From Nostoc sp. PCC 7120 = FACHB-418 (GTDB lineage: Bacteria > Cyanobacteriota > Cyanobacteriia > Cyanobacteriales > Nostocaceae), in contig NC_003272.1 in assembly GCF_000009705.1 (NCBI RefSeq), positions 2,340,001-2,372,000 on the forward strand: 32,000 nt of DNA. Reading direction: 5' to 3'. Positions 1 through 8,634 of the stretch are shown one piece after another. The first letter of the stretch is position 1. Every line of letters begins with the position of its first letter. The notes under the pieces are model-generated. The model worked only from the letters and a program-made list of their open reading frames with translations. It made no database searches and had not been told where the DNA came from. The position numbers and the translations under genes are program-made.

Positions 1-2
1 AA

Positions 3-206
3 GTAAAGTTTGAAACTGGTGAAGCCAAAAGAGGCAATTTTACAACTTACGCTATCCGTTTTTTAGATGAGAAACAAGAGTCGGCTTTAAGCTTATTTTT
101 GCAATGGGGTAAGCCTGGAGAATATGAACCAGGACAAGTAGAAGCTTGGCACGCTTTAAAAGAAAAGTACGGCGAGGTTTGGGAACCTTTGCCAGTACAA
201 CTTTAG
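3..206 (+). CDS. 3' end of an unidentified gene entering from the left window edge (last 67 aa: ...FLQWGKPGEYEPGQVEAWHALKEKYGEVWEPLPVQL)
   Basis: My own translation of frame 3 is open from position 3 to TAG at 204-206. It has no internal stop and a non-repetitive composition. It is absent from the ORF track because there is no start codon in the window. Its stop overlaps the stop of the convergent TIR gene. No family recognised. Confidence 0.35.
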   Translation, partial: VKFETGEAKRGNFTTYAIRFLDEKQESALSLFLQWGKPGEYEPGQVEAWHALKEKYGEVWEPLPVQL

Positions 207-1294
207 TTGGATATAACAATATTATGGAATCTAGCGTCTTCTATGTTTTTATTTGGCCTTCCATAGGCGGCTGCAATTTCCAAAACTTGAATTTGGTTTA
301 CTTGTGCAGGCACTTTAGTAAAATTAATAATGAGTTTATTCTTAACTTTTGGGATTAAAGTCGTCTTCACATATTTTTCTACATTTCCATCAATTTCAAC
401 TGATTCAGCAAAGTAGGTAATACCATCTAAGTCTAGTATTCTGCTTCTCAGACCAGCAAAATTACCATACATAATCAGTCTTTGATCATCATTAAGAGTG
501 TTGATTAATTGCAACTCGCATTTGATATTCTGATTTTTTCTTGCACACTTCTGTAAAGTAAATTCTAACCCATCTCTTTCAATAGTTGTAAAATTTTCTA
601 TTGGTGATGCGGTGTTTAACTCAGGCTGTTTATTTGATATGGGATTGGAAGAGGATTTTAATAAAGAATCATCAGATTTTAGAGGAGATTCAGGATTTTT
701 TAATACAGAACTTGATGAATTTATATCAGGTAAATTTTGACTACTTTTACTAAATGAGTTTTCGGAACATTGTATTTTTAAAAAACATCTCACTTCTGGT
801 GTTGCAACAGCAATTATTAGCCCAGTAATAGTTAATAACAGGGTAACTATAGCATTAAATTTATTAAATGCTATCTTTTTACGGCGATGTTTTAAAACCT
901 GGTCTTGAATGAGCCGCCAAAGTTTAACAATTTGCTCATTCTCCCTATCTCCATCCCAGCCTATAAGATTAGCAGATTGAATATCTAAAAATTCTCCAGG
1001 GATTTTTACTGGTTCTATCAAAACAGAAATCAATACCTTGCCATTTTTCTTGGCTTCCGCCGCTAAATTTGTCAACAAAGCTGATTTGACAGATGTATTA
1101 GACCATAAAACAATAACGAACTTATTCTTTTCTAAAGCCTTTGTTGTTTCACTTATGATTTGGCTGCCTATAGATATATTTTGTGCTTCCCAAATATCAA
1201 TACTGTAGTAATTTAAAGCATCTTTCAAAAGATTTGCTGTAGCTTGATTTGATTCAGAGTATAATAAACAAACTTCACTCTTGCGTGTGTTCAT
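203..1294 (-). CDS. Membrane-anchored TIR-domain protein: N-terminal TIR_2-like domain, one TM helix, Ser-rich linker, C-terminal beta-rich domain of unknown function
   Basis: 363-aa ORF with an ATG start. The N-terminal ~130 aa follow the bacterial TIR pattern (VCLLYSESNQ..A..L...L....I.IW.......G......T..AL...KFVIVLWS..SV.S). A hydrophobic helix (FNAIVTLLLTITGLIIAVA) is followed by a low-complexity S/N/P linker and a ~130-aa C-terminal domain. The gene is AT-rich and I saw no HIP1 site in it. Confidence 0.7.
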   Translation of the reverse strand: MNTRKSEVCLLYSESNQATANLLKDALNYYSIDIWEAQNISIGSQIISETTKALEKNKFVIVLWSNTSVKSALLTNLAAEAKKNGKVLISVLIEPVKIPGEFLDIQSANLIGWDGDRENEQIVKLWRLIQDQVLKHRRKKIAFNKFNAIVTLLLTITGLIIAVATPEVRCFLKIQCSENSFSKSSQNLPDINSSSSVLKNPESPLKSDDSLLKSSSNPISNKQPELNTASPIENFTTIERDGLEFTLQKCARKNQNIKCELQLINTLNDDQRLIMYGNFAGLRSRILDLDGITYFAESVEIDGNVEKYVKTTLIPKVKNKLIINFTKVPAQVNQIQVLEIAAAYGRPNKNIEDARFHNIVISN

Positions 1295-1549
1295 TCATTG
1301 ATTGTCCTTTTCAATATATTTTATTTTAATGGCGAATTAGTATAATAATCAGACTAGAAAATTATAGAGGTCTTTCAATGGAAAATCAATATTATAGTTA
1401 GCTGGGAAACTTATGGTGTTTGCCTAGCTGTCCATTATACCTTAACTGGGGATCTTATTTTTGTATGGTTGAGTGATCGCTTAACTAAAATAATTGCTAT
1501 GGATTAAATCTCTGATTAATAAAAAATCAATAATAAATAGATATAGATA

Positions 1550-2335
1550 ATGCTGACAATAAGAGCTATTTGGAGTTTTTGCTTAATTATTTTCTTGTTA
1601 GTGGGGTGGAATGGAGATGCAAATGCAGGTGAACTATCTGAACGCTTGGCTCATTTTCCCCAGTGGAAAAAATTAACTTCTGTGCAGCCAGCTAAGGGGG
1701 ATTTGGCTTACCCTAAATGGATGGCTGGAACTTGGGAAGTTAAGAGTACCTTGGTAGATTTAGCAGCACCTTTAGCACCGGATATTGTTACACCTGGTTT
1801 TGAAGGAAATCGTCAGCAACTAAATCAGCCCGTCAGCTTTTTAGTACGATTTATAGAAGTACAACCTCCCACTATTGGCTTAAAATTCCTTCCTCAGATA
1901 GATGCTAAATCAACAATTGTGGTTGCTGATAGAGTTTTTAACAGTTTGAATTTAGCTAGGTCTTATTTAGGTGATGCAGCCGTATTATCAGTTAAAGTAG
2001 ACCCAGATTCGCCTAATCGTCAGATTACATTTTTACGTGGGGAACGGCAATTAATTTCCATCGTTACAGCAAGGGCTACCGAAACTACAGCAGATGGTAA
2101 ATTTATTACTACAGAAGTTTTCCAACAATTATTTAAAGGCGGTTCCCTTCCTTATTTAAATTCAGTCGAATCTACCACCGCCTACCATCAACTTTCGACA
2201 TCATCCCCAGCAATTGAAGCAGATCAAGTTACTGCTGTCTACCTTTCGCCGCAAGATCCTAATTATTTTACCGCAGGCGATCGCCCAGTTGCACTTTATC
2301 GCTATCGCCTAAAATTTTTCCCTACGGCTAAATAA
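1550..2335 (+). CDS. Secreted/periplasmic conserved cyanobacterial hypothetical protein
   Basis: 261-aa ORF with an ATG start. N-terminal signal peptide (MLTIRAIWSFCLIIFLLVGWNGDANA). The composition is protein-like. I do not recognise a functional family with certainty. Confidence 0.65.
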   Translation: MLTIRAIWSFCLIIFLLVGWNGDANAGELSERLAHFPQWKKLTSVQPAKGDLAYPKWMAGTWEVKSTLVDLAAPLAPDIVTPGFEGNRQQLNQPVSFLVRFIEVQPPTIGLKFLPQIDAKSTIVVADRVFNSLNLARSYLGDAAVLSVKVDPDSPNRQITFLRGERQLISIVTARATETTADGKFITTEVFQQLFKGGSLPYLNSVESTTAYHQLSTSSPAIEADQVTAVYLSPQDPNYFTAGDRPVALYRYRLKFFPTAK

Positions 2336-2387
2336 TGCAAAATCTTTGCAGGTCAGAATTTACATTTTCTTTAGCCTTGACACGCCA

Positions 2388-2452
2388 GTAGGGTGCGTCA
2401 GTATGAATAATTTCTGAGTATAGTTAGGATCTATCGCACTGACGTACCCTAC
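2388..2452. repeat. Intergenic long hairpin / small dispersed-repeat-like element
   Basis: GTAGGGTGCGTCAGT (2388-2402) and ACTGACGTACCCTAC (2438-2452) form a 15-bp inverted repeat with one G-T mismatch and a 35-nt spacer. It lies downstream of the 1550-2335 gene. Confidence 0.5.
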
Positions 2453-2559
2453 CAAACCTGAGAGTCCCATTGCCTACGTCCTGAGACTAAACCCAATTTT
2501 AGCCCACAAGTTATAAAGTATGTGTAGATCACAAATGATAGATTGAGAGAAAAATCTGT

Positions 2560-3039
2560 ATGACAAGCTACCAAGAAACCCTAACTAATAACGAATGTAT
2601 AGATGAACTAATTACAGAGACAGCCAGCATTAATCATGTGGAAGTCATTGAAAATGTCATTGACTCCCTCGAACAAGATGATAGTGCAATGGTTAGTCAC
2701 ACTCCAGAAGGTGGTTATCTATGGAAGTTTAAATACGGCACAGTGGAAGTATTTGTTCAACTCACTGGCAAAAGTGATGAAGACACGATAACAGTTTGGT
2801 CAGTAGTACTCAAATTACCAGCCAAGAATGAACCAAAGTTGTTGCGTCATTTGCTGGAGTTAAACTGTTCTAGTACTTTTGAGGCACGTTTTGGGATTAT
2901 AGAGGATCAAGTAGTAGTTATTTCTACACGCACTCTGGCAGAATTATCTCCAGGGGAAGTTTCGCGGATTATTACTATTGTGGCAACGATCGCCGATGAC
3001 AATGACGAAGCTTTACAATCAGAATTTGGTGCAGCTTAA
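2560..3039 (+). CDS. Acidic cytoplasmic hypothetical protein (possibly YbjN / type III chaperone-like fold)
   Basis: 159-aa ORF with an ATG start, acidic composition and no TM segment. The fold assignment is only an impression from size and pattern. Confidence 0.55.
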   Translation: MTSYQETLTNNECIDELITETASINHVEVIENVIDSLEQDDSAMVSHTPEGGYLWKFKYGTVEVFVQLTGKSDEDTITVWSVVLKLPAKNEPKLLRHLLELNCSSTFEARFGIIEDQVVVISTRTLAELSPGEVSRIITIVATIADDNDEALQSEFGAA

Positions 3040-3056
3040 GCAATTTTAAATTTTCG

Positions 3057-3776
3057 ATGGCTAGTAAGCAGGTTTGGCGACTAATTCCTTTATTAGCAGC
3101 TCCCGGTAGCGTACAAATGGCAATTGACCGTTGGCTATTAACACAACACCAATCTGGTAAGTATCCTTCCACTCTACGATTTTACACTTGGTCGCCACCT
3201 GCCATTTCCCTTGGTTATCATCAACGCCAATATCCAGAACATTGGCAAAACCTGACTTGGCAAAATCAAAAATTAGATTTGGTGCGTCGTCCTACAGGTG
3301 GTAGGGCAGTACTTCACCAAGGTGATTTAACTTATGCTGTGGTAACATCGGGACTAGGTGATAATCGCCTGGTGGCATACCAGAAGATTTGTGAGTTTTT
3401 AATTCAAGGATGGCGATCGCTCGGTTTTGCATTAAGCTATGGTACAGCCGGACGTGGTTACATCCACAATCCCAACTGTTTTGGTACAGCTACAGGTGCA
3501 GATTTAGTCTTACCAACCGGAGCCAAACTCATAGGTAGCGCTCAATTGCGATGCGGTGGCGTAATCTTACAACATGGTTCTATCCGTCTCCAGCCAGATA
3601 CAGAACTATTTGCACAGGTATTCGGTGTAGAAGATTTTAACCCTGTAAAACTTAACCTGAGTGTAGATGATATTATTTCAGCTTTAATTACAGCTGCTAA
3701 CAATTGTTTTGATATAGAACTGGAGACACAACCCCTATCCCCCTCTGAATGGGATGAGATTCACATGACTAGTTAG
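3057..3776 (+). CDS. Lipoate-protein ligase / octanoyltransferase family protein (BPL/LplA/LipB catalytic domain)
   Basis: 239-aa ORF. Family motifs: LRFYTWSPPAISLGYHQ, RRPTGGRAVLH, and a lysine-containing KLIGSAQ motif typical of LplA/LipB-type enzymes. Confidence 0.8.
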   Translation: MASKQVWRLIPLLAAPGSVQMAIDRWLLTQHQSGKYPSTLRFYTWSPPAISLGYHQRQYPEHWQNLTWQNQKLDLVRRPTGGRAVLHQGDLTYAVVTSGLGDNRLVAYQKICEFLIQGWRSLGFALSYGTAGRGYIHNPNCFGTATGADLVLPTGAKLIGSAQLRCGGVILQHGSIRLQPDTELFAQVFGVEDFNPVKLNLSVDDIISALITAANNCFDIELETQPLSPSEWDEIHMTS

Positions 3777-3796
3777 TACAGCAAAGCGCCGATTCT

Positions 3797-3875
3797 TAAT
3801 TTTGAATTTTGTTGGCGTTCGCGGTAGCGTCTCGTAGAGAAGCCTTCCCGTAGGGTATTTTGAATTTTGAATTGC
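3797..3875. repeat. Small structured intergenic repeat between convergent genes
   Basis: A core sequence, GGCGTTCGCGGTAGCGTCTCGTAGAGAAGCCTTCCCGTAGGGTA, is flanked by direct TTTTGAATTTT(G) repeats at about 3800 and 3858. It resembles short dispersed elements common in Nostocales intergenic DNA. Confidence 0.45.
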
Positions 3876-3877
3876 TA

Positions 3878-4174
3878 TTAATTCCAATCCTGCTCATCTC
3901 TTTTACCACGACTCTTATAAATGCCGCCTATTTGATGTATTTGGCGGGTTTTCTCGAATAGTTCCGCTTCGGTTAACCCCCATTGTTGCAAAACTTTATT
4001 CAGGTCGCTTTGTATGTCTCTTGCGCCAGGGAAGCCTTGATAGCGGATTTTGAGCCTAGCTAATTCGGCTAAATTATGGTCTGTCGCCTCTTGAGTTAGT
4101 AGAATATCTATAAAGGGGCGATCGCGGTTGTAGAGTGGATGTTGTTGGTCTTTACTTCCGTGGTTTTCAGTCAT
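3878..4174 (-). CDS. Small conserved cyanobacterial protein (DUF3288-like)
   Basis: 98-aa ORF with an ATG start. Hydrophilic with a protein-like composition. The family name is from memory and unverified. Confidence 0.55.
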   Translation of the reverse strand: MTENHGSKDQQHPLYNRDRPFIDILLTQEATDHNLAELARLKIRYQGFPGARDIQSDLNKVLQQWGLTEAELFEKTRQIHQIGGIYKSRGKRDEQDWN

Positions 4175-4407
4175 GGTTTATACCTTTAGGTAGAGTGTAA
4201 ATTCCTTCAGAGTCCAGAGTCCAGATTCTTGCCATCGCACCATAATTACTCATGACGGCAACTACACCTGAGCTAATACGGCTCTCACCACTGTCACCTA
4301 TCCTTAGATAAAGATACATTGTCTTTAAGAAAGTACAAAAAAGTTTAACAAAAGGGTGAATTTTTAAGTCACCCAAAGTCCAAGCAGCAAGGGAGCAAGA
4401 ACCCGCT

Positions 4408-6852
4408 ATGTTTGAACACTTCACTTCCGAAGCCATCAAAGTCATTATGCTCGCTCAGGAGGAAGCACGTCGCCTGGGACACAATTTCGTAGGAACTGAG
4501 CAAATTCTCCTGGGTTTGATGGGAGAAGGAACTGGGGTTGCTGCCAAAGTGCTGACTGAGATGGGTGTGACTCTTAAAGACGCTCGTCGTGAGGTTGAAA
4601 AAATCATTGGTAGGGGTTCTGGGTTCGTACCGCCAGAAATTCCTTTTACCCCGAAAGTGAAAAGCCTCTTCGAGCAGTCCTTTAGAGAAGCGCATAATCT
4701 CGGAAATAACTACATCAACACAGAACATTTACTCTTAGGGTTAACAGAAGCCGGTGAAGGTGTCGCCGCTAAGGTTTTACAGAATCTTGGTGTTGACCTC
4801 AAGAGTGTCCGCTCTGCTGTCATCCGTCGCTTAGGCGAAGACCCAACCGTGGTTGTGGGTGGTGGCGGTTCCAGACGGAACCAAACACCGATGATGGAAG
4901 AGTTTGGCAGAAATCTGACGAAATTAGCCAAAGAAGGTAAACTCGACCCTGTAGTAGGTCGGCAAAAAGAAATTGAGCGTACTGTGCAGATTCTCGGCCG
5001 TCGTACCAAGAATAACCCCGTGTTAATTGGTGAACCAGGGGTTGGTAAAACTGCAATCGCTGAAGGTTTAGCACAGCGTATTATTAACCAAGATGTCCCC
5101 GACATTTTGCAAGATAAACAAGTCGTCAGCCTGGATATGGGTTCTCTGGTAGCGGGAACTCGCTTCCGGGGAGACTTTGAAGAGCGCATCAAGAAAATCG
5201 TAGAAGAAGTCCGTTCTGCGGGTAATATCATCCTGGTGATAGATGAAATTCATACCTTAGTTGGTGCAGGGGGAACAGAAGGCGGCTTAGATGCAGCCAA
5301 TATCCTCAAACCAGCCTTGGCCAGGGGTGAATTGCAATGTATTGGCGCTACCACATTAGATGAATATCGTCAATACATCGAACGCGATGCGGCCTTAGAG
5401 CGACGTTTCCAACCGATTATGGTCGGGGAACCATCCGTAGCCGAAACCATTGATATCCTCTATGGTTTGCGCGGAGCCTACGAACAGCACCACAAAGTAC
5501 ATATTTCCGATGAGGCTGTGGTAGCAGCAGCGCAATTGGCTGATAGATATATTAGCGATCGCTTCCTGCCCGATAAAGCCATAGACTTAATTGATGAAGC
5601 TGGCTCTCGTGTGCGCCTGCGGAACTCGCAAATTTCCCCTAACAAGGAACTCAAGCGCCAACTGACTGACATCACCAAAAGCAAAAACGAAGCAGTTAGA
5701 CTCCAAGACTTCGATAAAGCCGCAAAACTCCGTGACGAAGAAATTGCCCTAGAAACAGAACTGCAAGCAGCCACCACTGGCCAAACCATCAAGCCAGTTG
5801 TGGATGAAGAAGACATTGCCCAAATTGTCGCCTCTTGGACTGGTGTCCCAGTTAACAAGCTGACAGAATCTGAGTCTGAGTTGCTTCTGCACCTAGAAGA
5901 TACTCTCCACAAACGGTTAATTGGTCAAGAGCAAGCAGTTACATCGGTTTCTCGCGCCATCCGTCGCGCCAGAGTCGGGTTAAAGAGTCCCAACCGTCCC
6001 ATTGCTAGCTTTATTTTCTCCGGGCCTACCGGAGTCGGGAAAACCGAACTAGCCAAAGCATTAGCAGCTTACTTCTTTGGCGCGGAAGATGCCATGATTC
6101 GGTTTGATATGTCCGAATACATGGAAAGCCACACCGTTTCTAAACTCATCGGCTCTCCTCCTGGTTACGTCGGCTACGACGAAGGCGGACAACTCACTGA
6201 AGCCGTGCGGCGTAGACCATACACAGTGTTGCTGTTCGACGAAATCGAAAAAGCGCACCCCGATGTATTCAATATGCTGCTGCAACTTTTAGATGACGGA
6301 CACCTCACCGATGCCAAAGGTCGGAAAGTGGACTTCAAGAACACCTTGATTATCCTGACTTCTAACATTGGTTCTAAGGTAATTGAAAAAGGTGGCGGCG
6401 GTTTAGGCTTTGAATTTGACAACCAAGCCGAAGCTAGTTACAACCGCATCCGCAACTTAGTCAACGAAGAACTGAAAAATTACTTCCGTCCTGAGTTCCT
6501 CAACCGACTTGATGAAGTCATCGTCTTCACTCAACTGTCGAGAGATGAAGTCAAGCAAATCGCTGATATCATGCTGCGTGATGTCGCCAGCCGCCTGACC
6601 GAGAAGGGAATTACCTTAGAAGTTACCGAACGGTTCAAAGAATTAGTAGTAACAGAAGGTTATAACCCCAGCTACGGTGCTAGACCATTACGCCGTGCAA
6701 TCATGCGCCTCCTAGAAGATTCCTTAGCGGAAGTGTTGCTGTCTGGAGAAATCACCGAGGGAGACACAGCCATTGCTGATGTCAACGATGACGGTCAAGT
6801 ACAAATACGCCAGTCAGAAGAAAGAGAGTTACTTCTAGCCAATGTAGGCTAA
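4408..6852 (+). CDS. clpC: ATP-dependent Clp protease ATP-binding subunit ClpC
   Basis: 814 aa. Duplicated Clp_N repeats ([37 protein letters not shown]). Two AAA+ modules with Walker [10 protein letters not shown] and GPTGVGKTE, a UVR-like linker ([11 protein letters not shown]) and the GARPLRR sensor motif. Confidence 0.97.
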   Translation: MFEHFTSEAIKVIMLAQEEARRLGHNFVGTEQILLGLMGEGTGVAAKVLTEMGVTLKDARREVEKIIGRGSGFVPPEIPFTPKVKSLFEQSFREAHNLGNNYINTEHLLLGLTEAGEGVAAKVLQNLGVDLKSVRSAVIRRLGEDPTVVVGGGGSRRNQTPMMEEFGRNLTKLAKEGKLDPVVGRQKEIERTVQILGRRTKNNPVLIGEPGVGKTAIAEGLAQRIINQDVPDILQDKQVVSLDMGSLVAGTRFRGDFEERIKKIVEEVRSAGNIILVIDEIHTLVGAGGTEGGLDAANILKPALARGELQCIGATTLDEYRQYIERDAALERRFQPIMVGEPSVAETIDILYGLRGAYEQHHKVHISDEAVVAAAQLADRYISDRFLPDKAIDLIDEAGSRVRLRNSQISPNKELKRQLTDITKSKNEAVRLQDFDKAAKLRDEEIALETELQAATTGQTIKPVVDEEDIAQIVASWTGVPVNKLTESESELLLHLEDTLHKRLIGQEQAVTSVSRAIRRARVGLKSPNRPIASFIFSGPTGVGKTELAKALAAYFFGAEDAMIRFDMSEYMESHTVSKLIGSPPGYVGYDEGGQLTEAVRRRPYTVLLFDEIEKAHPDVFNMLLQLLDDGHLTDAKGRKVDFKNTLIILTSNIGSKVIEKGGGGLGFEFDNQAEASYNRIRNLVNEELKNYFRPEFLNRLDEVIVFTQLSRDEVKQIADIMLRDVASRLTEKGITLEVTERFKELVVTEGYNPSYGARPLRRAIMRLLEDSLAEVLLSGEITEGDTAIADVNDDGQVQIRQSEERELLLANVG

Positions 6853-6910
6853 TTCTCAGATATTCCAAGCTTGACAACACATAATTTCCTTATCAATAAA
6901 ATTTAGGTTA

Positions 6911-6941
6911 GACCCTAGTATAAAAACTAGGGTCTTTTTTT
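6911..6941 (+). terminator. Rho-independent terminator downstream of clpC; may also serve the convergent regulator gene
   Basis: GACCCTAGT (6911-6919), loop ATAAAA, ACTAGGGTC (6926-6934): a perfect 9-bp stem followed by a T-run at 6935-6941. The upstream side is A/T-rich. Confidence 0.75.
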
Positions 6942-7632
6942 ATTCAACTAAATTTGTACCGAAGCGATAGCCTTTACCGTAGACTGTGTGGATTAAGGGA
7001 AGTTCTTTGCCTACCTCGATTTTACGGCGTAGCAATCTGATTAATGCGGCGATAACATTACTATTTGGTGGCTCGTTATCTTCCCACAGATGTTGCAGAA
7101 TTTGGGCGTGAGTTAATAGTTGTCCCGTGTGTTCCATAAAGTATTGCAGCAATTGGCTTTCTTTCTGCGATAGTTCAATGACTCGTCCTTGACGGTAGGC
7201 GACTTGATTTTCACAGTCAAGTTCTAGGTCGGCTACAGTTAATCTTCCTGGTGTAGCTTCATAGGTTTGGGAACTAGAACGCCGTAATAAAGCACGGACT
7301 CTGGCCAACAACTCTCGCAGTTCAAAGGGTTTGACTAAATAGTCATCAGCACCAGCATCTAAACCTTGTACACGGTCATCTAGGGTATCTTTGGCGGTGA
7401 GGAAAAGAACTGGTGTAATTTTTCCTTGGCGGCGTAGTTCTTGGCATATCTCTAAGCCCGTTTTCCCTGGTAGCATCCAGTCTAAAATCAGTAGGTCATA
7501 ATTGCCTACTGTCGCCATTTCACTACCACTTTTCCCCTCATAAGCTGCTTCTACGGTGTAACCTTCACGAGTTAACACACGGCTCAAGGGGACAGTGAGT
7601 TCTACTTCATCATCAACCAATAAAATTCTCAT
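6940..7632 (-). CDS. OmpR-family two-component response regulator (REC + winged-helix DNA-binding domain)
   Basis: The ORF track gives 6940-7722. The REC domain begins at MRILLVDDE (ATG at 7632-7630), so I trimmed the 30-aa Cys/Ser-rich extension. Phospho-acceptor context LLILDWMLP. C-terminal motif LTxxEFxLL-like (LSQKESQLLQYF...VYGKGYRF). Confidence 0.9.
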   Translation of the reverse strand: MRILLVDDEVELTVPLSRVLTREGYTVEAAYEGKSGSEMATVGNYDLLILDWMLPGKTGLEICQELRRQGKITPVLFLTAKDTLDDRVQGLDAGADDYLVKPFELRELLARVRALLRRSSSQTYEATPGRLTVADLELDCENQVAYRQGRVIELSQKESQLLQYFMEHTGQLLTHAQILQHLWEDNEPPNSNVIAALIRLLRRKIEVGKELPLIHTVYGKGYRFGTNLVE

Positions 7633-7730
7633 GCTGCTTGAGGTAAGCATTAGAGATATTCTCAATATTAATGAACTGCTAAGACAAGGACACGATAAAG
7701 TGTCTCTAGCCAAGGATACCAAGAAAACGA

Positions 7731-8375
7731 ATGTTAACTGTTGCGTTGCCGAAAGGGGAACTACTCAAAAATAGCATCCGCCTACTGCAATCTGTAGGGT
7801 TGGATTTTAGTGCTTTTTTAGACTCAGGGAATCGTCAGTTGCAAATCACTGATGCTAGTGGAACGGCGAAAGGGTTGTTAGTTAGAGGTCAAGATGTGCC
7901 TGTTTATGTGGAGTATGGACAAGCTCAAATTGGTATTATTGGTTACGATGTCCTCCGTGAGAAACAACCACAAGTTGCTCATTTAGTTGATTTACAGTTT
8001 GGCTATTGTCGGATGTCGGTGGCGGTAAAAGCATCTAGTCCCTACAAATCACCGCTAGATTTACCTGCTCACAGTCGTGTTGCTTCTAAATATGTCAATT
8101 CGGCGCGCGAGTTCTTCCAAGGTTTAGATTTACCTGTGGAAATTGTCCCGCTTTACGGTTCCGTGGAATTAGGGCCAATCACAGGAATGTCTGAGGCAAT
8201 TGTCGATATAGTTTCTACAGGCCGGACTTTAAAAGAAAATGGTTTGGTGGAAATTACAACTTTATATGAAAGTACGGCACGGTTAATTGCTCATCCCCTT
8301 AGTTATCGCTTGAATACAGGGAATTTACATCAATTAGTTGAGCAATTACGAGAGGGTGCTTTGACTAAAGTTTAA
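7731..8375 (+). CDS. hisG: ATP phosphoribosyltransferase, short form (HisG)
   Basis: 214 aa. N-terminus [12 protein letters not shown]. It also carries the [16 protein letters not shown] motif characteristic of HisG. Confidence 0.92.
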   Translation: MLTVALPKGELLKNSIRLLQSVGLDFSAFLDSGNRQLQITDASGTAKGLLVRGQDVPVYVEYGQAQIGIIGYDVLREKQPQVAHLVDLQFGYCRMSVAVKASSPYKSPLDLPAHSRVASKYVNSAREFFQGLDLPVEIVPLYGSVELGPITGMSEAIVDIVSTGRTLKENGLVEITTLYESTARLIAHPLSYRLNTGNLHQLVEQLREGALTKV

Positions 8376-8634
8376 ATTAGTTTTGTCAGGTGTTAGTAGT
8401 CAGTTGTCACTGATAGAAGGTGCAACTGATTATATACTTTCAACAAAAACTTCTTTACGAAAGCATCTTCTTGTAAATAGAAATGTTTAACAATTATTTT
8501 TAAGTTAATTTTTTTTAAAAACTTTGTCTAAACTATAAGATAGTTCGACTTTGTATTTCTGAAATAAAACTTTCAGATAATTTCGTATCTTTTTTTAACA
8601 AAAATTTATATCTGGATTTTTTCTCCAAAATTTA

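Noticed and set aside
146-358. Plus-strand 70-aa ORF overlapping the 3' end of the TIR gene
   Set aside because: It overlaps the better-supported partial CDS 3-206 and the minus-strand TIR gene, and shows no family features.
4167-4728. Minus-strand ORFs 4167-4445 and 4369-4728 spanning the clpC leader and start
   Set aside because: They overlap the clpC 5' end and each other, have no recognisable family, and have a shadow-frame composition. The region is better explained as the clpC promoter and 5' UTR.
4710-6422. Several minus- and plus-strand ORFs of 60-173 aa inside clpC (for example 4710-5231, 5478-5912, 6061-6285, 6104-6292, 6174-6422)
   Set aside because: They lie entirely inside a very confidently identified, highly conserved gene. 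Their compositions (R/S/P-rich) are those of antisense or shadow frames.
7633-7722. 30-aa N-terminal extension of the OmpR-type regulator in the ORF track, and similarly 11689-11721 for the hybrid kinase
   Set aside because: In both cases the REC domain starts at a downstream ATG (MRILLVDDE, MADEIIKVLLVEDN). The extensions are Cys/Ser-rich or overlap the upstream gene and are not typical of the families.
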